64,000 nucleotides of DNA from Camelus dromedarius (lineage: Eukaryota), in the NCBI RefSeq assembly GCF_036321535.1, contig NC_087437.1:41294001-41358000 (forward strand), read 5' to 3'. A program made the position numbers and the translations under genes. Below the pieces are notes generated by a model. The model worked only from the letters and a program-made list of their open reading frames with translations, had not been told where the DNA came from and did no database searches. This document shows positions 51,200 through 63,850 of this stretch, piece after piece (position 1 is the first letter of the stretch; each line of letters begins with the position of its first letter).

Positions 51200-51630
51200 A
51201 AGTGACAAAAACAAGCATATAAATACCTCATTAGCACTGAGTCTAATAAATCCTACATCAGAGATATGCAGTGGAGCTCAGGGAGGGGAGGGTAATTACC
51301 TCCTCGTGAAAGAGGGCAAAGAAGTCAGGGAGAAAGAGGAGAGGTTTAAGTTCCACCTAAAGGCTGACTGGAAATTCACCCAGAAGATAAAAAGAAGAGG
51401 TGCATCTCAGACAGAAGGCCCTCTGCGTAAAAACAAAGCCGAGAGCCAGTGTCATGGCGCTTTTGAGGAAATGTGAGTACTTAAGCATTACTATTGCACC
51501 AGGGGCTAGTGAGGGAGTGGGTCACCGAGCATCCCCAGCAGGGCCTGGATTTTGGAAACGAAGGGTTTTAAGAACTGGGAGGATGGTGTCAGAGTTGGCT
51601 CTTAGAAAGATCACCCCAGCAGCTTGCAGG
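51200..51630 (-). mobile_element. L2 fragment (degenerate)
   Basis: 'gaagggttttaagaactgggaggatggtgtcagagttggctcttagaaagatcacccc' and purine-rich L2-antisense sequence. Confidence 0.65.
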
Positions 51631-51648
51631 CAGTTTGCTGTTTTAGTG

Positions 51649-51683
<35 letters not shown>

Positions 51684-51686
51684 GTC
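51649..51686. repeat. (TGTC)n tetranucleotide repeat
   Basis: About 8 perfect tgtc units followed by tctgtc. Confidence 0.95.
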
Positions 51687-52599
51687 ACTCCCGCCCCCAC
51701 ACTCCCACGCCTCCACTGTGACTGTAGGAACAGAAGGGCCCCTCCCTGAGAAGATGGGGAGAGTGGAACAGAATACTGGAAAAGGTGCACCGGGAGACAC
51801 AGGAGCATGACGGAGAACAGAGGGTGCACAGAAAGCAGTTTGTTTCCTTGCCCTGCAAGGATCTCAAGAATATGACATTCAGGTGCAGTGTGGAAGAGCC
51901 TTCTAAAAATAGTCTAACATCCAGCTACCTTCCAGCCGTTCCTTCTTCCTTCTTGCACAGATTAACTACCTTAAGGCTGTGCCAAACACGAGAGGGTGGG
52001 GCGGGGGACAGACCCATGAAGGCCCGAGCAGGTGCCACTGTTTACTCTCCAAGTCTAACAGCACCATAGTGTTTCTGGGCCTCAAACATGCCAATAATTC
52101 CCGTAGGGAGAAGCAAAGGATGAAGGGAATGTAGCTTGTATTAAATTTAAAAATCCAAGTCCTGAAGAGTCGACTTTTCAGTGGAATAGTTGGTAGCTGT
52201 GTTTTCACCATAAACTGTCACAACCCCTCTGATGACAGAAGCTATTATTATTCTACCAGTTCTCACAACAGATCATCTGAAGTGACTTTCTGAGTCTACA
52301 TTTTAGAGGTAGAGATGACAACGTGTCCCCTTAAAAATGTTCTCGTTCTAGAAGCCAGTCTCTTGCAACCTTCTATTAGCTTGGGTTATACTGGGGAATC
52401 TCCCTAATGCAAAAGAGTCTGGATCTAAGACAAAAGTAGCCAGGGCAGGGTCACGTTTTATTGATATTTCTATCCTCAGGGACAAGCACAGCGCCTGGCC
52501 GACATTAGCCTGCAATAAAATGTTGTTAAAAATCTAGACAAATAAGAAAATGTGTAGATTGTTCATTGCTTTAGTAAGGCAATGTCCAAATGTCTGGAC

Positions 52600-53670
52600 T
52601 TTTTAAATTGGCATATAATTTATATATAATAAAACTCAGTCTTTTAAAGCATACAGTTTGATGAGCTTTGACAAATGTATAAAATTATGTAGTCACCACG
52701 ACAGTCAACCCCCAAAAGGTTTTCACGCTCCTTCGTAATCAAATCCCCTCCCAGTAATCCCAGTCCATGGATCTGTTCTTCACCCCTGTAGTTTTGCCTT
52801 TTTTAGAATGTCGTAGAAATGAAATCACAGAGTATATAGCCTTGGAGGCTGGTTTCTTTCACTTAGCATAAAGATTCTGAGATTCACTCATGTTGTTGCA
52901 TGTATCAGTTGTTTGTTTATTTTCATTGCCAAGTAGTATTCTGTTGTTTAGATGGACACAGATTGTTTTTCCATTCTCCACGTGATCGATATTTGGATTG
53001 TTTCCAGCTTTTGGCTGTTATGACTAAAGATGCTATGAACATTCACATCTAGGTCTTCCTGTTAGCATGGGTTGTACTTCTCCTGGGTAAATACCTACAA
53101 GTGGACTTGCCTGGTCATATGGTTAAGTGTATGGATAACTTTGTAAGTAACAGCCAAAATGTTATTTTTTTTAACATCTTTTTTATTGAGTTATAGTCAT
53201 TTTATAATGTTTTGTCAAATTCCTGTGTAGGGCACAATTTTTCAGTTATACATGAACATACATACATTCATTGTCACATTCTCTTTCACTGTGAGCCACC
53301 ACAAGTTCCTGTATATATTTCCCCGTGCTACACAGTACAATCTTGTTTATCTAGTCTACATTTTGAAATCCCAGTCCCTTCCTACCCCCCGTCCCTTTGG
53401 CAACCGCAAGTTTGTTTTCTATGTCCATGAGTCTGAGAAACGGCCGAAATGTTTTTGAAAGTGACTGTGTTGTTTTACATACTTATTAGCAACGCCTGGA
53501 GTTCCAGTTGCTTTGTATGTTTGCCAACATTTGATATTGTCAGTCTTTTTAATTGCATTCATACTCACATTGCAGAGTGTATCTCCCTGCAATTTAAATT
53601 TGAATCTGCCTAGTGACTGATGTTGAGACTCTACATATGCTTCCTGGCTGCATGTGGCTTCTTTGGTGAA
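52600..53670 (-). mobile_element. Old L1 (L1M) 3' region interrupted by a younger L1 end
   Basis: 'atacagtttgatgagctttgacaaatgtat...tttctttcacttagcataa...atttggattgtttccagcttttggctgttatg...ctcctgggtaaatacctacaagtgg'. Confidence 0.92.
53164..53435 (-). mobile_element. Younger lineage-specific L1 3' end nested in older L1, with TSD
   Basis: Poly-T start 'ttttttattgagttatagtcattttataatgt'. Flanks are AGTAACAGCCAAAATGTT (53146-53163) and AGAAACGGCCGAAATGTT (53436-53453). Confidence 0.9.
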
Positions 53671-54319
53671 GCAAATGTCTCTTAGTGCAAATTAAAACTA
53701 TGTTACTCATTTAGATTTCTCCAGTACATTTTGATTAATATTCAAAACTGATGAAGTCGTTTTTTCTTTTTCCTCTGTTTTTCATGGACTATTTCTAAGA
53801 TGAACTAAACACTTCAGCTCCTTAGAGTTCTTGACCATTTTCATGCGGAAACAACTGAGGCATGTTGCCCATACCATTCAACTGTGTGCTTTTCTTTTAA
53901 AAATTAGGTCAACTTCACAGTCTCACCAGTTCCCTGTCTGCTTCCTCTCGCAGGTCTACTACTTGCTGTTGTATCTGTGCTCGCCTAAAATCGCCCACCC
54001 CACCAGCCACTGTAACCTGTTTAACCAGCTACAGGCTTCTGTAATTACTTAAAAAATAAGCGTATGGCTCTGAGTACAGGCCTCAAAGACTCTCCAAGAA
54101 GCAAACCTGTAGACTTCTCTGATGGTGGCACACATTTTATGATTTATTTTCAGGCCAGAGCTCTGCGTGAGATATAGGCAGAATCAGTTAGTAAATGTCC
54201 CTGGGGTCAGTGAAGAGAATCTCCCTCAGCACTTGCAGACATACAGAAACTTTTGAGGGGCCTTACTAACCAACTCCAGTGCATCTCTGAAGTTCTACAG
54301 CCAGAAATGATACCAAACA

Positions 54320-54604
54320 CAGGCACACCTCAGAGATGTTGTCGGTTTGCTTCCAGACTACCTCAATAAATTAAGTATCAAAATAAAGCTAGTCACAGGA
54401 ATTTTTTAGTTTCTCAGTATATATAAAGGTTATATTTACACCATACTTTAGGTGATTAAGTGTGTCATAGCATCATGTCTAAAAAAGGTACAGACCTTAA
54501 TTTAAAAAATATTTCATTGCTAAAAAATGCTAACCATCTTCTGAGCCTTTGGCGAGTTGTAGTCTTTTTGTAATAGTAACATCAAAGATCACTGATCACA
54601 GATG
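54320..54604 (-). mobile_element. Tigger1-derived non-autonomous element (TcMar), internally deleted
   Basis: The terminus 'caggcacacctcagagatgttgtcggtttgcttccagactacctcaataaa' matches the Tigger1 end. After 'gtctttttg' the sequence jumps to 'taatagtaacatcaaagatcactgatcacagat'. Confidence 0.9.
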
Positions 54605-54814
54605 TCCCTGGTACCCCATCTCTAAGGAATATTCCTCCACATCAGTATATTTTCAAGATTTCTTGCATCTTCATTATGAAGAAAACCAATCATCTTGATT
54701 TAAAATAATTTTTTAAGGTTTTGTTTTGGAACAAAATAAAATGATAGGATAAACAAAAGATGCACTGAGTTTGCCTCCTTTATGTTACCATTCATAAAAC
54801 TTATGTAATCTGGA

Positions 54815-54960
54815 TCGGTGGGTCTCAAATTTTAGAGTGCATCAGAATTCCCTGGAGAGTTTGCTAAACATGGAATATTGGGTCCCAAACCCAGAGTTTC
54901 TGTTCATTAGGTCAAGGGTGGGACCAGGGAATATGCATACCTAACAAGTCCCCTAACAAG
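54815..54960. mobile_element. MER5A-like MITE
   Basis: 'gtgggtctcaaattttagagtgcatcagaattccctggagagtttgctaaaca...cccagagtttctgttcattaggtc'. Confidence 0.88.
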
Positions 54961-55024
54961 TCTTGTTTTCCTAGTAAGAATACATGTTCTTTACAGGTTG
55001 GCTGACAGGCTTTGCATACTACAG

Positions 55025-55785
55025 TCCCTCTAGAGCATCCTGTAGTGCCAGAAAGTAAGGAGTAAAGAAGTACTCCCCCAAAATGGTCTTTTGTGTCAAA
55101 GAGAAACAGTAGACCACTGAGAGTTTCCAACAGCCAAAGCTGGGAAAACTTGAGCAACAAAATAAATAAGGTTGTATTAGAGTATAATTTAAAATATAAA
55201 AACATCCATGTGTCCATACTGATATAAATAAATGATTGAATAAATACATACATGTCGGGGGAAAAGACAAATCCCCCGTGCAGAAGAATTCTAAATAATG
55301 TATGCAGATACTTGTGCTCAAGGAGGAAGTCAGTCCCCAGTCCTTAAATACGGGCTGGGCATTGTGATGTCCTTCCAAAAAGGATAGTGGGGAAACAAAG
55401 GCAGTACATGCACAGTGGAGGAACATCAACCAGGTGACGACCGTCAACAGCGACAAGTTGTGTTGATTGTACGTACCCTTGAGATGACGGAACAGGTATT
55501 TTACTTCTGTGATCTTCCTCCCCCAAACCCAGTCTAATCATGAAAAGACATCAGACCGTTGAGAGGCACTGTATGAAATGCATAACCAATACTCCTCAAA
55601 GCTGTCAAGGACATCAAAAACGAGGCTAGTCTCAGACACTGTCATAGTCAAGAGGACTATGCTCAGTGTACACATCAGCTAAGAGTAATGTGTATCTTGC
55701 AAGGGATCCTGGGACAGAAAAAGGACATGAGGAGAAAACTAATGAAAAACAAATAAAACAGCAACTTCATTTAATTAAAAAAGAA
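55025..55785 (+). mobile_element. L1MC/MD-like 3' UTR fragment
   Basis: 'ccaaagctgggaaaacttgagcaacaaaataaataag...tccatactgatataaataaatgattgaataaata...ccagtctaatcatgaaaagacatcagac...gggatcctgggacagaaaaaggacat'. Confidence 0.9.
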
Positions 55786-56899
55786 ACACACTCAGGCTCA
55801 GAAAATAGCCACCATCTCTAAGGTGGTTGGTCACCTTGACCAAGGGAAAGAGAAGCTTAAAGGCACTGAGACCAGTAATTAAATGCTTCACTCCATCACT
55901 TTAGCCCACAACTCACTGGCCGTTAAGTAGTCCCACAGCCCCACACACCCACAAGGCGAATGAGGACACGTGAGAACTACCCTCTGCGCAGAACAGGGGG
56001 TGGCGGGGAAGGACGACAACAGTACTAATGACTGCCACAACACCTGCTTTCCATCCTTTTGGAACAAACCTTGTTTCACATAAGTCTTATTCTGCATATT
56101 CTTTGGAGTCAACTTCCAGACTGATGGGCACCATGACTGCGCATGCTGCATGGTTCCCCTTTGGAGATCATTTATACTGCAGCTGTTTTTTCCTGCTCCT
56201 CCAAGGGTCTTCCAGGGTTATGTATCATAATCAGGATTTCTAGTCTTTTTCTTCAGTGATTATTTTGATTTTTACCTCAGACCCAGTGTACCATCACAAT
56301 CAAGTCATCTATTTAAGAGCTATTTGGTGGTTTTACTCAAAAGGCACAGATGAGCTTAAATGCCTCATTCACTTGTTTCAGTACATAAAAAGGGCAGCCC
56401 CTTTTTCACATGAATCTTCTCAACTAATCTTCATACTAAGCCTTCAGCATGCCTGGTCTGAGCAGAATTCAACATTTCAAACTAAGTGTGTTTCCTCTTC
56501 CCTCTCCCATTACTCAACTGAGTTCTCAGTCTTCGTCTCTTCCTAGACATAGCACTATTTTATTTCTCATCTCCTCTAAGCTCCCCACCAAAAAAACCCT
56601 CAAACCAAACAATTCTCCTTTAATGCATGAACCTTGACTGTTTGCATTTCTTTGTGCATGGCTACAGCACAATTTTAATTTTCACTTTGCACTCACATAT
56701 CTGGGAAGTTAAACATATGACCCCTCCATGGGCAGTCTTGGTAACCTCCTTCCAAAGGACATTGCTTGACCTTGAGATTGCCTGGAAACTCCAAGTCTAT
56801 CTCCCTCTTTCAATAAACAGGTATTCTCTATAATCTTTACAGGTTAGGAAACAGCCACAAGAAGGTCTTGCTTCTACATTAGGGATTTTGTGGTGATGG

Positions 56900-56900
<1 letters not shown>

Positions 56901-56938
<38 letters not shown>
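56901..56938. repeat. (TG)19 microsatellite
   Basis: Counted directly. Confidence 0.98.
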
Positions 56939-56944
<6 letters not shown>

Positions 56945-58259
56945 TTTCCCTTTTCTTCCACTGCAGCAGTTTTTGTGGCAGGAACATATTATGGCCATTC
57001 AGTACTGAAAACTGTGTAAATCACACTCAAGAAAGGAATTCCTGAAGGCCTTATTTCAGCCAAGTATTAGATAATCAGACCTCCCTTTGGATTTTGCACA
57101 GCTCAGAATCATAAAAACCACAGGCTAAGTTTTGTGAAAATTGCCCTGAAATATAATCACACCAAAATTTCACTAACCCACTAAGTGTGTTTTTCTTAAT
57201 GATCTCTTTTCACTTCAACATTAAGAAATTCTCATTTTTCTTAACTGACTCCTACTTGAAACCATTCTCATTTAATTACAACAAATTTGCTGAGATGGTT
57301 TAGGATTCTCAGCCTTGCCAAAATTATGGATTCTATTTTCTGTAAGAGTATTTGCATATTTACAACATAGTTGCCATAAGGACCCAACCAATATAGAAGC
57401 TGCTGGGATTAATAACTCTTTTGTACACATATCATGCACTTGGGGCCCCAGCTCCAAAACCGTCCACACTTTTCCTAAACTGGTGTTCTCAATCCCATGA
57501 TTCATCTCATGGCCAGGTGGAGATAATGCTTTCCATGGTCTCAGCTGATAAGAATCAACCCCCTTGGGGTTGGGAATATGTCTTAATTATATACTTGTTC
57601 TTGAATAAGACTACTGCTTCCATTTGATTTCCTCCCTTTTTAACTTACCCAAATGATTTTCATTCTTACCTCACTCATCAGCTTGTCAATTGGAAAACAG
57701 GAACTATTTCCTTCCTTTGTTTGGGATTCTGGCTGCAACCCAGGCACCATTTTCCAAGTAATTAATGAGCCCTGCAATGTCCTGGCTTGTGACCACCAGC
57801 CTCTTCCTTTGTTATATTTCTCGCTGGGAGGACTGAATGCAAGAGCAGGCAGTAAGCTGCTGCTTAATGAAGAGCAAGCTGCTATTTTTAGGTGAAAATA
57901 TCCTAAGTTCTATTACTTCTGCCACAAGGCAAAAGTGTGTGTTTATAGTTGCATTTTAGGCTCAAGAAGAAACTCTCAGAAGCAGAAGTACTTAAGAGTT
58001 AGAGATCGCTATTAGACTGTCAGGAGCCGAAATGGGGCACACAATTTGGGGGGGGGCTCAACTTGCCACCCCAGAGTTGCTTTTCAAGTAATCAGCAAAG
58101 AGAGAACACAAGAAGATGTAGTTTGGGGTGAAGGACAAAAAGAAGGCAAAAAGTGACAGTGGACTTTTTTCTTCCTCATTCCTTAGAGGCAAGGGGATAA
58201 AATTTTGAAGTTTTCTTCACCAAGATCATTCGTAGAGTCAAAAATATGCTTTTAGTGTC

Positions 58260-58630
58260 TTCTAGGTATCTAACGTTGACTTGAGTGCTAAGACAGAGTA
58301 TTCATCAAACAGAATCCTTGTCCTCAAGGAACAGTTTAATGTAAAGAGACTGAAATGAGTGAATGAATGAATGACAGATTCATGATGAGGGCGATGGAAG
58401 AAACAATTAAGCATAGTGAAGAGCAAGGAATAGGAGGTCTAGAGGGTACGGTGTTACTCTCTGTGAGGTGATCCAGGAAGACTTCTGTAATAAAATGGCA
58501 TTTGAGCAGAGACCTGGAGGAAGTGAAGGAGCAAGCAACAGGGCTACCTGGAGGAGAAGATACCAGACAGATGAAACAGCAGGTACAAAGACATTGCAGT
58601 TGGCCCCTCGTGCTGGACATGGCTGACCAT
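58260..58630 (-). mobile_element. L2 fragment
   Basis: 'ggcatttgagcagagacctggaggaagtgaaggagcaagc...gaaacagcaggtacaaagac'. Confidence 0.8.
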
Positions 58631-58859
58631 TAATTCCTCTAATAGCTTAAAAAATCTATGCAGAATTGAGTCACTGTAGATAAACAACCACTCTTTTAAG
58701 CCGCTAAACATTGCTTTTTACCACTTTTGAAGAAGAATCACTGAAAATGTGCTATGTAACCCTCTGCCCTGTTAGAGATATGGTCCATAATTAAATCTTT
58801 TCTGATGACTCCCATGTACAAGTATCGTACTTTATTCATCAACATACTATGCACCACAT

Positions 58860-59640
58860 CCTACTTATTGTTTTATTTATTGAACATCTAGTCTTAGTTC
58901 ACATTACTGGGAACACAATGATGAACAAAGTAGACAAGTCCCTGCTCTCAGGGAGTTTACAGCCAGATAAAGGAGAAAGGCATTACTCAACTACACAGAC
59001 CAGGTAATCTGAGTGTAGCGCCCTGAAGGAACGGGGTGGGTGGGCTATGGGAGTTCAGAACAGGGATTAGGATCTTCTGGGGGATGAGGAGAGGTTTTTG
59101 TGAGGAAGTGAAGGAGTTAAAAAGAGGAGAAGGAGCATTCCATAAAGCAGAAACAGCATGTGCAAAGGCCCTGAGATGGGCAAAAACAAATTACTTTTGC
59201 TGGAGTAAAAGAAAAGAATGTTTCTGAATCCCAGAGAGTAAGGGGGATTAGCAAGAAAACTGAGTTTGGAGAAGGAGGCTGTACTCATATCATGCTGGGC
59301 CTTGTAAGCTAAGTTTGGTCTTGATCAAATGGGAAACCATTTGAAAGATTTAGGCAGGAAGAGACACGGTCAAATAAACATTTTCATATGACCTCACTGG
59401 CTGTACGGTGGGAATGCAAGGCTACAGGGTGACTCCAGGGGACAAGACACTGCAGGCACTCAGATGAGAGCTGCTCATTGCCTGGACCAGGACAGTGGTG
59501 GTAGAGACAGAAAACAGAAGAAGAGCTTGAGAAGAGATAAGAAAGTAGAGTCAGGCAAGCTTTGTAATAGAATCAAATTCAGGAGATTAAGATGACATGG
59601 GCGACTCTAACTTGGTTTTTAGAATCAAAATGATGCTCTT
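58860..59640 (-). mobile_element. L2 fragment
   Basis: 'tttattgaacatcta...actgggaacacaatgatgaacaaagtagacaagtccctgctctcagggagtttacag...gaaacagcatgtgcaaaggccctgag'. Confidence 0.88.
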
Positions 59641-60556
59641 CATTCATCTGTTCATTTTCTGGAAAAGGAAAGAAAAAATAACAAGACATGCTAGCTCAGA
59701 CACCAAACACACAGAGCACAGTGTGTCTCTTCTCTTTGGCAGTCAGGCTGGTTCTAAGTAGTATCTGGATCCCTAGTATTCAAGTCCTCAGTGGTCCCAA
59801 AGCTGGCCCTTGGCTGAGAAGGGGCTATAATGAAAAACTGAGAAGCCTGTAGGCTACATTAGACTCTAGACTCGAGATAAAGGCACTCCTGATCCAAATG
59901 AGTTCTTCTGTTTCAACTCCACTACGGTGGCACTTAGCTGGTCACACCTACAGAGAAATCAGCAAGCTGGGTGACTCATTAGGATCTTCTTTCCAGAGAG
60001 CAAAGCACCTAAATAAAGACCCTTGCATTTAGCACACAATACCGAGAAGACATCTGAGCAACAGCGGCAGCAATTTGAGAGAACTTCAAGTGTGGCATTT
60101 AGGTTCGAGAAGGGAAGTTAGAAATCAGAGAACTGATCTCACAAACAAAAAGCTTTTCTAATAGCCTGTCCTGGATAAGACAGTAATGAGAGGACAAAGA
60201 GAAAAGCCGTCCTCCTCTAAATATCAAGGAAACCTAGGGAAGTGACTCCATAAAAGGGAGCAGGTGAAAAGAAGAATTTTCATGTCATCAAGAGTGACTG
60301 TTCTTCCTCTTTGCTAGAAATAGCCAAGAGAGTCTAAATCACTCACGAGGCCCTAAGAAAGGAGGTGCTTATAAATGAGCTTGAAGCCAAACAACGTTTT
60401 ATAGATTCTTCGAGGTTCTGCTAAGAATCCTAATGGACTCTGTTCACCTTAAGATCACCCGTTCACGGTCATAACAGGGTAGGATAATACCTGTAGTTTA
60501 TTTGTTTTTGACATAAATCCATCATAAACCCAATTCCTTCCCTTGACCATAGGTTT

Positions 60557-60576
60557 AAAAAAAAAAAAAAAAAAAA
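60557..60576. repeat. Poly(A)20 tract
   Basis: Counted directly. Confidence 0.95.
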
Positions 60577-60656
60577 GCCTTTCTAAGCCTTGAATGCCTT
60601 ATGTCTGGGTTTCCAAACCAGAGAACGTGTACTCCCCCAGGGTCAAGCCATCCTAC

Positions 60657-61247
60657 TGAAGCAGGGGGTGGGAGTGGGGGGTAGTCATCAGTTAGCCATT
60701 AATAAATACTAAGCTGTACCCCACCTTCACTGATCAAGCTCGATTTAATTGTTCTTCCAAAAACTTGCACGTCCTCCAAGCATCACATAGCCTAAACAAT
60801 AAAATGTGTGCCCAAGTTGTTTTTCAGAAACTTGCAGTCAACGGTGTCCAATTCCAGCTGGAGCCAGCTGGTTAAGACTAGTTAGGGCCAGAGACCCTCC
60901 AACTGGACATGCGCGAGTGTCTGACTGGTGATCTTTGAGGTCAGAGGGTCAAAAACTTAACCCTCAGAGCTTGCTAAAGCCACCATGTTCTGAACATGCA
61001 TCCCACGAAGAAGCATGTAGCTTAGTTGTACCTGCACAGAACGACGATTACCTCCAATCAACTCTCCCCCTGCTCCCAGGCCTCAGCTCTATTCCATAAA
61101 TACCCAGAGCCCCTCGCCTTCCGCGAGGCAGAGCCGAGAGTCTCCTCACTTGGCTGCCTTGTGAATAAACCCTTTCTCTGCTGCAAACCTCCGCGTCTCA
61201 GCGTTTGGCTTGCTCCGTGTCAAGCAAACGAAACTGGCTGGGTAACA
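60657..61247 (+). mobile_element. ERV1-class solo LTR
   Basis: TG...CA termini (tgaagcagg...gggtaaca), 'ccataaatacc' TATA-like motif, AATAAA near 61164, and 4-bp flanks CTAC/CTAT. Confidence 0.9.
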
Positions 61248-61320
61248 CTATGCCAAGTAGGGGCAGGAAGCTACTAAACTCCTTTTTTAAAATCTACCTT
61301 TCTGTAAGAATTAAGTCCCA

Positions 61321-61403
61321 GGGAGAAGGTAATAGCTCAGTGGTAGAGCATGTGCACAAAGTCCTGGGTTCTATCCCCAGGACCTCCATTAAGGAAAAAA
61401 AAA
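61321..61403 (+). mobile_element. tRNA-derived SINE, Vic-1-like, short internal deletion
   Basis: 'atagctcagtggtagagcatgtgcacaaagtcctgggttctatccccaggacctccattaaggaaaaaaaaa'. Lacks part of the 'gcttagcat' segment seen in the other two copies. Confidence 0.88.
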
Positions 61404-63474
61404 TATCAAGTTCAAATAATTTTAAGCTGAAGCAACATGACTATTCCATGGTGTAAAAGGCAAAATCCATCTGAATTTTCAAGATAAAACACAGGATTTC
61501 AAACATTTAATTTATGTGGTTTCCCCACCACCAGCTTGAAAGAAGCCCCCAGACCTCTTGACGTCAGGGGCCGTGCAATACAGGCCGACGCCTCCACGAG
61601 GCACGGCGGGTTCAGTGCCTGGTACCCACCATGCTTTTCGCAGCTGACAAAAAATGTCCCATTAGTTTTAAAGTCATAAGAAAACAATTAACTCTTAGGT
61701 CAAAGAAAATGTTTTAATATATATTAGTAGATTTGTCTTTATACCAAGGAAGTTGTAAAATCTAACTTAAACATTTTTCTGGAGTCAGAAGGCCACATAG
61801 GCAAAAGAATGCTTGGGCCCACAAGAGTCACGTTGTGACCCTGAGTAGCTGGTACTGTCGTGCTGGTCAACCTCAGAACACGGGTGACAATGGTACCTCT
61901 TAAAGTATGGCAGTCCAAATAACACCATGATGTGGTGGGACAGGGGCTAACATTTCTAATTTGAAAAGTATGTACTATATAATAAAGTGAGTTGAAAATA
62001 ATGGGTTTCCCATTTTATGGTAGCAATAAAGGTTTCTTTTTGGAAAATTAGAATTTTGGATACTGGGCTGATTGCTTAATTCCATTTTAAAAGATTTATC
62101 ATACTATTTTTCCGAATTAATGGGTCACACTGTTCAGAGAGCAAGAAAAACTTGTTGGTTGGGACAAAGCATTGCCTTTGACTAGCACATGAAATTATCC
62201 TATATAACTCTTGCATTGTATGCACAGAGACAGATAATTGATAAACCTTCCCCACAAGAATAAGACATTCATATAAAAATGAGATCAGCGAGTCCAGTCC
62301 GACCAGCTGGGATAATTTTACAAGGGTCAGACAGCCTTGGGGCATAAACTAATCACTCCAGGGTCTGAAGGAAGCTGCCTCCCATCTCCCAAGAGGCAGC
62401 ACCACACAATCAGCTTGTTTGCCCTTGCTCAACACAAATTTGACGACATTTTCCCAAAACTGCTTATCTGGTGTCCTGTCAAAACAGGATGATGGAAAGT
62501 CAGAATGATTTTCTGGCCCAGTATGTTTAACATTCCAATGATCCATTGTATTTCAGTCAAGTTTTGGATGTAGGGAAGGATATTTTCCCACTAGTATTTG
62601 AAATGAATCCATTCTTGCATGCTTTAGTTCCCTAGCACATAACTCACTGTCGAATTCGAGCAGCCAGTCGCATCCAGGACCTTTGAAAAGTAGTGTCCTA
62701 GGGCTTTTTTTCCCTCTTGTATGTGTTAGAGTTGTTAACTCAGACAGAAGGCACTTGCCTACTCTCCAAGCATGAAGACTTTATGTTGTTTTTAGTGGCC
62801 AATGAAATTTTCCCCAGTGAACTGCAAGAAGGGCTGCCCGAAGAAAAAGACTCTATTTCTCACAACCTCTGTAGAATCACAAGACAAGTAAGACAGAGAG
62901 TCCAGCACTACTGTTGAGGAAAGTCAACAATCAGTGAATCTCACTCAATTGCTTCATTCCCCTCTGCCAATATTAGCTATACCATCAGCCTTACCTAGTA
63001 TCTGCACAAAAATACTGTAGCTGGTAATAAACAGAACCAGGATTTGAACTCACGTCTGCTTAGGCCCAAATTCATATTCTTAACCCTTATATTAGAAAAG
63101 TGCCTGGAACAAAGCTGATAGTCAGTACATATTTTTGAATCTGAATCTAGATAAGGAACTGGTCTTTTCGACCTAGGATCCTTAAGTATTTTCTGGAGCT
63201 ACTTTACAGCTAATCTCAACTCCCAGAATGAAAGAGTACCTTAAAACCTGTGAAGAGATTAGATAATACTATATTCAAATATTCTTTTAGGTTGATTTTA
63301 TTCCTTGTTGAAATCCAACTGGGATGAGAAGAATTAACTATTATAATTAAATAAGCAAGGGGAAGTAAAAAATTTCCATATACAAAGTTTACAGTTCTGT
63401 TTCTTTAAAACAAAAATGTCTAAATAAACTCAATCCTTTAACTAGATCCCAGATAAGAGTGTACTATATATATA

Positions 63475-63850
63475 TAAAGTAGCTAACATTTGTTTTTGAG
63501 TACTCATTTTATTTTAAAGTTCTTCTAATGCATTTCATGTATTATCTCATTTAATCCTTATGAGGTAGGTACTATTATTATTCCTATTTTTCAGCAGAGG
63601 AAACCAAGGTACAGAGAGGTTAATCAATTAACTCTAGGTCGAACAGCTAATGAGTGGCAGACCCAAGATTCTAGACCCAAGATTCTAGACCCACGGGATC
63701 TAATGCCAAAGGCTATGCTCCTAACCATCTTGCACTGCTGCTTCCTGTAATAATAACTACCACGTCTTGAATACTTTACTAGGTCTCATATATGCTTTAT
63801 GTATATTATCTCATTTCCTATTCCCAACAACCATAGGAAGAGTATTTGTA
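63475..63850 (-). mobile_element. MIR SINEs (one near-complete plus a fragment)
   Basis: 'attatctcatttaatccttatgaggtaggtactattattattcctattttt cagcagaggaaaccaaggtacagagaggttaa', then a second 'tgctttatgtatattatctcattt'. Confidence 0.9.

Noticed and set aside
53928..53985. Minus-strand 58-nt exon (RAQIQQQVVDLREEADREL or ASTDTTASSRPARGSRQGT)
   Set aside because: The donor CTG|gtgaga is good, but the acceptor lacks a pyrimidine tract (G-rich upstream). Not supportable without RNA data.
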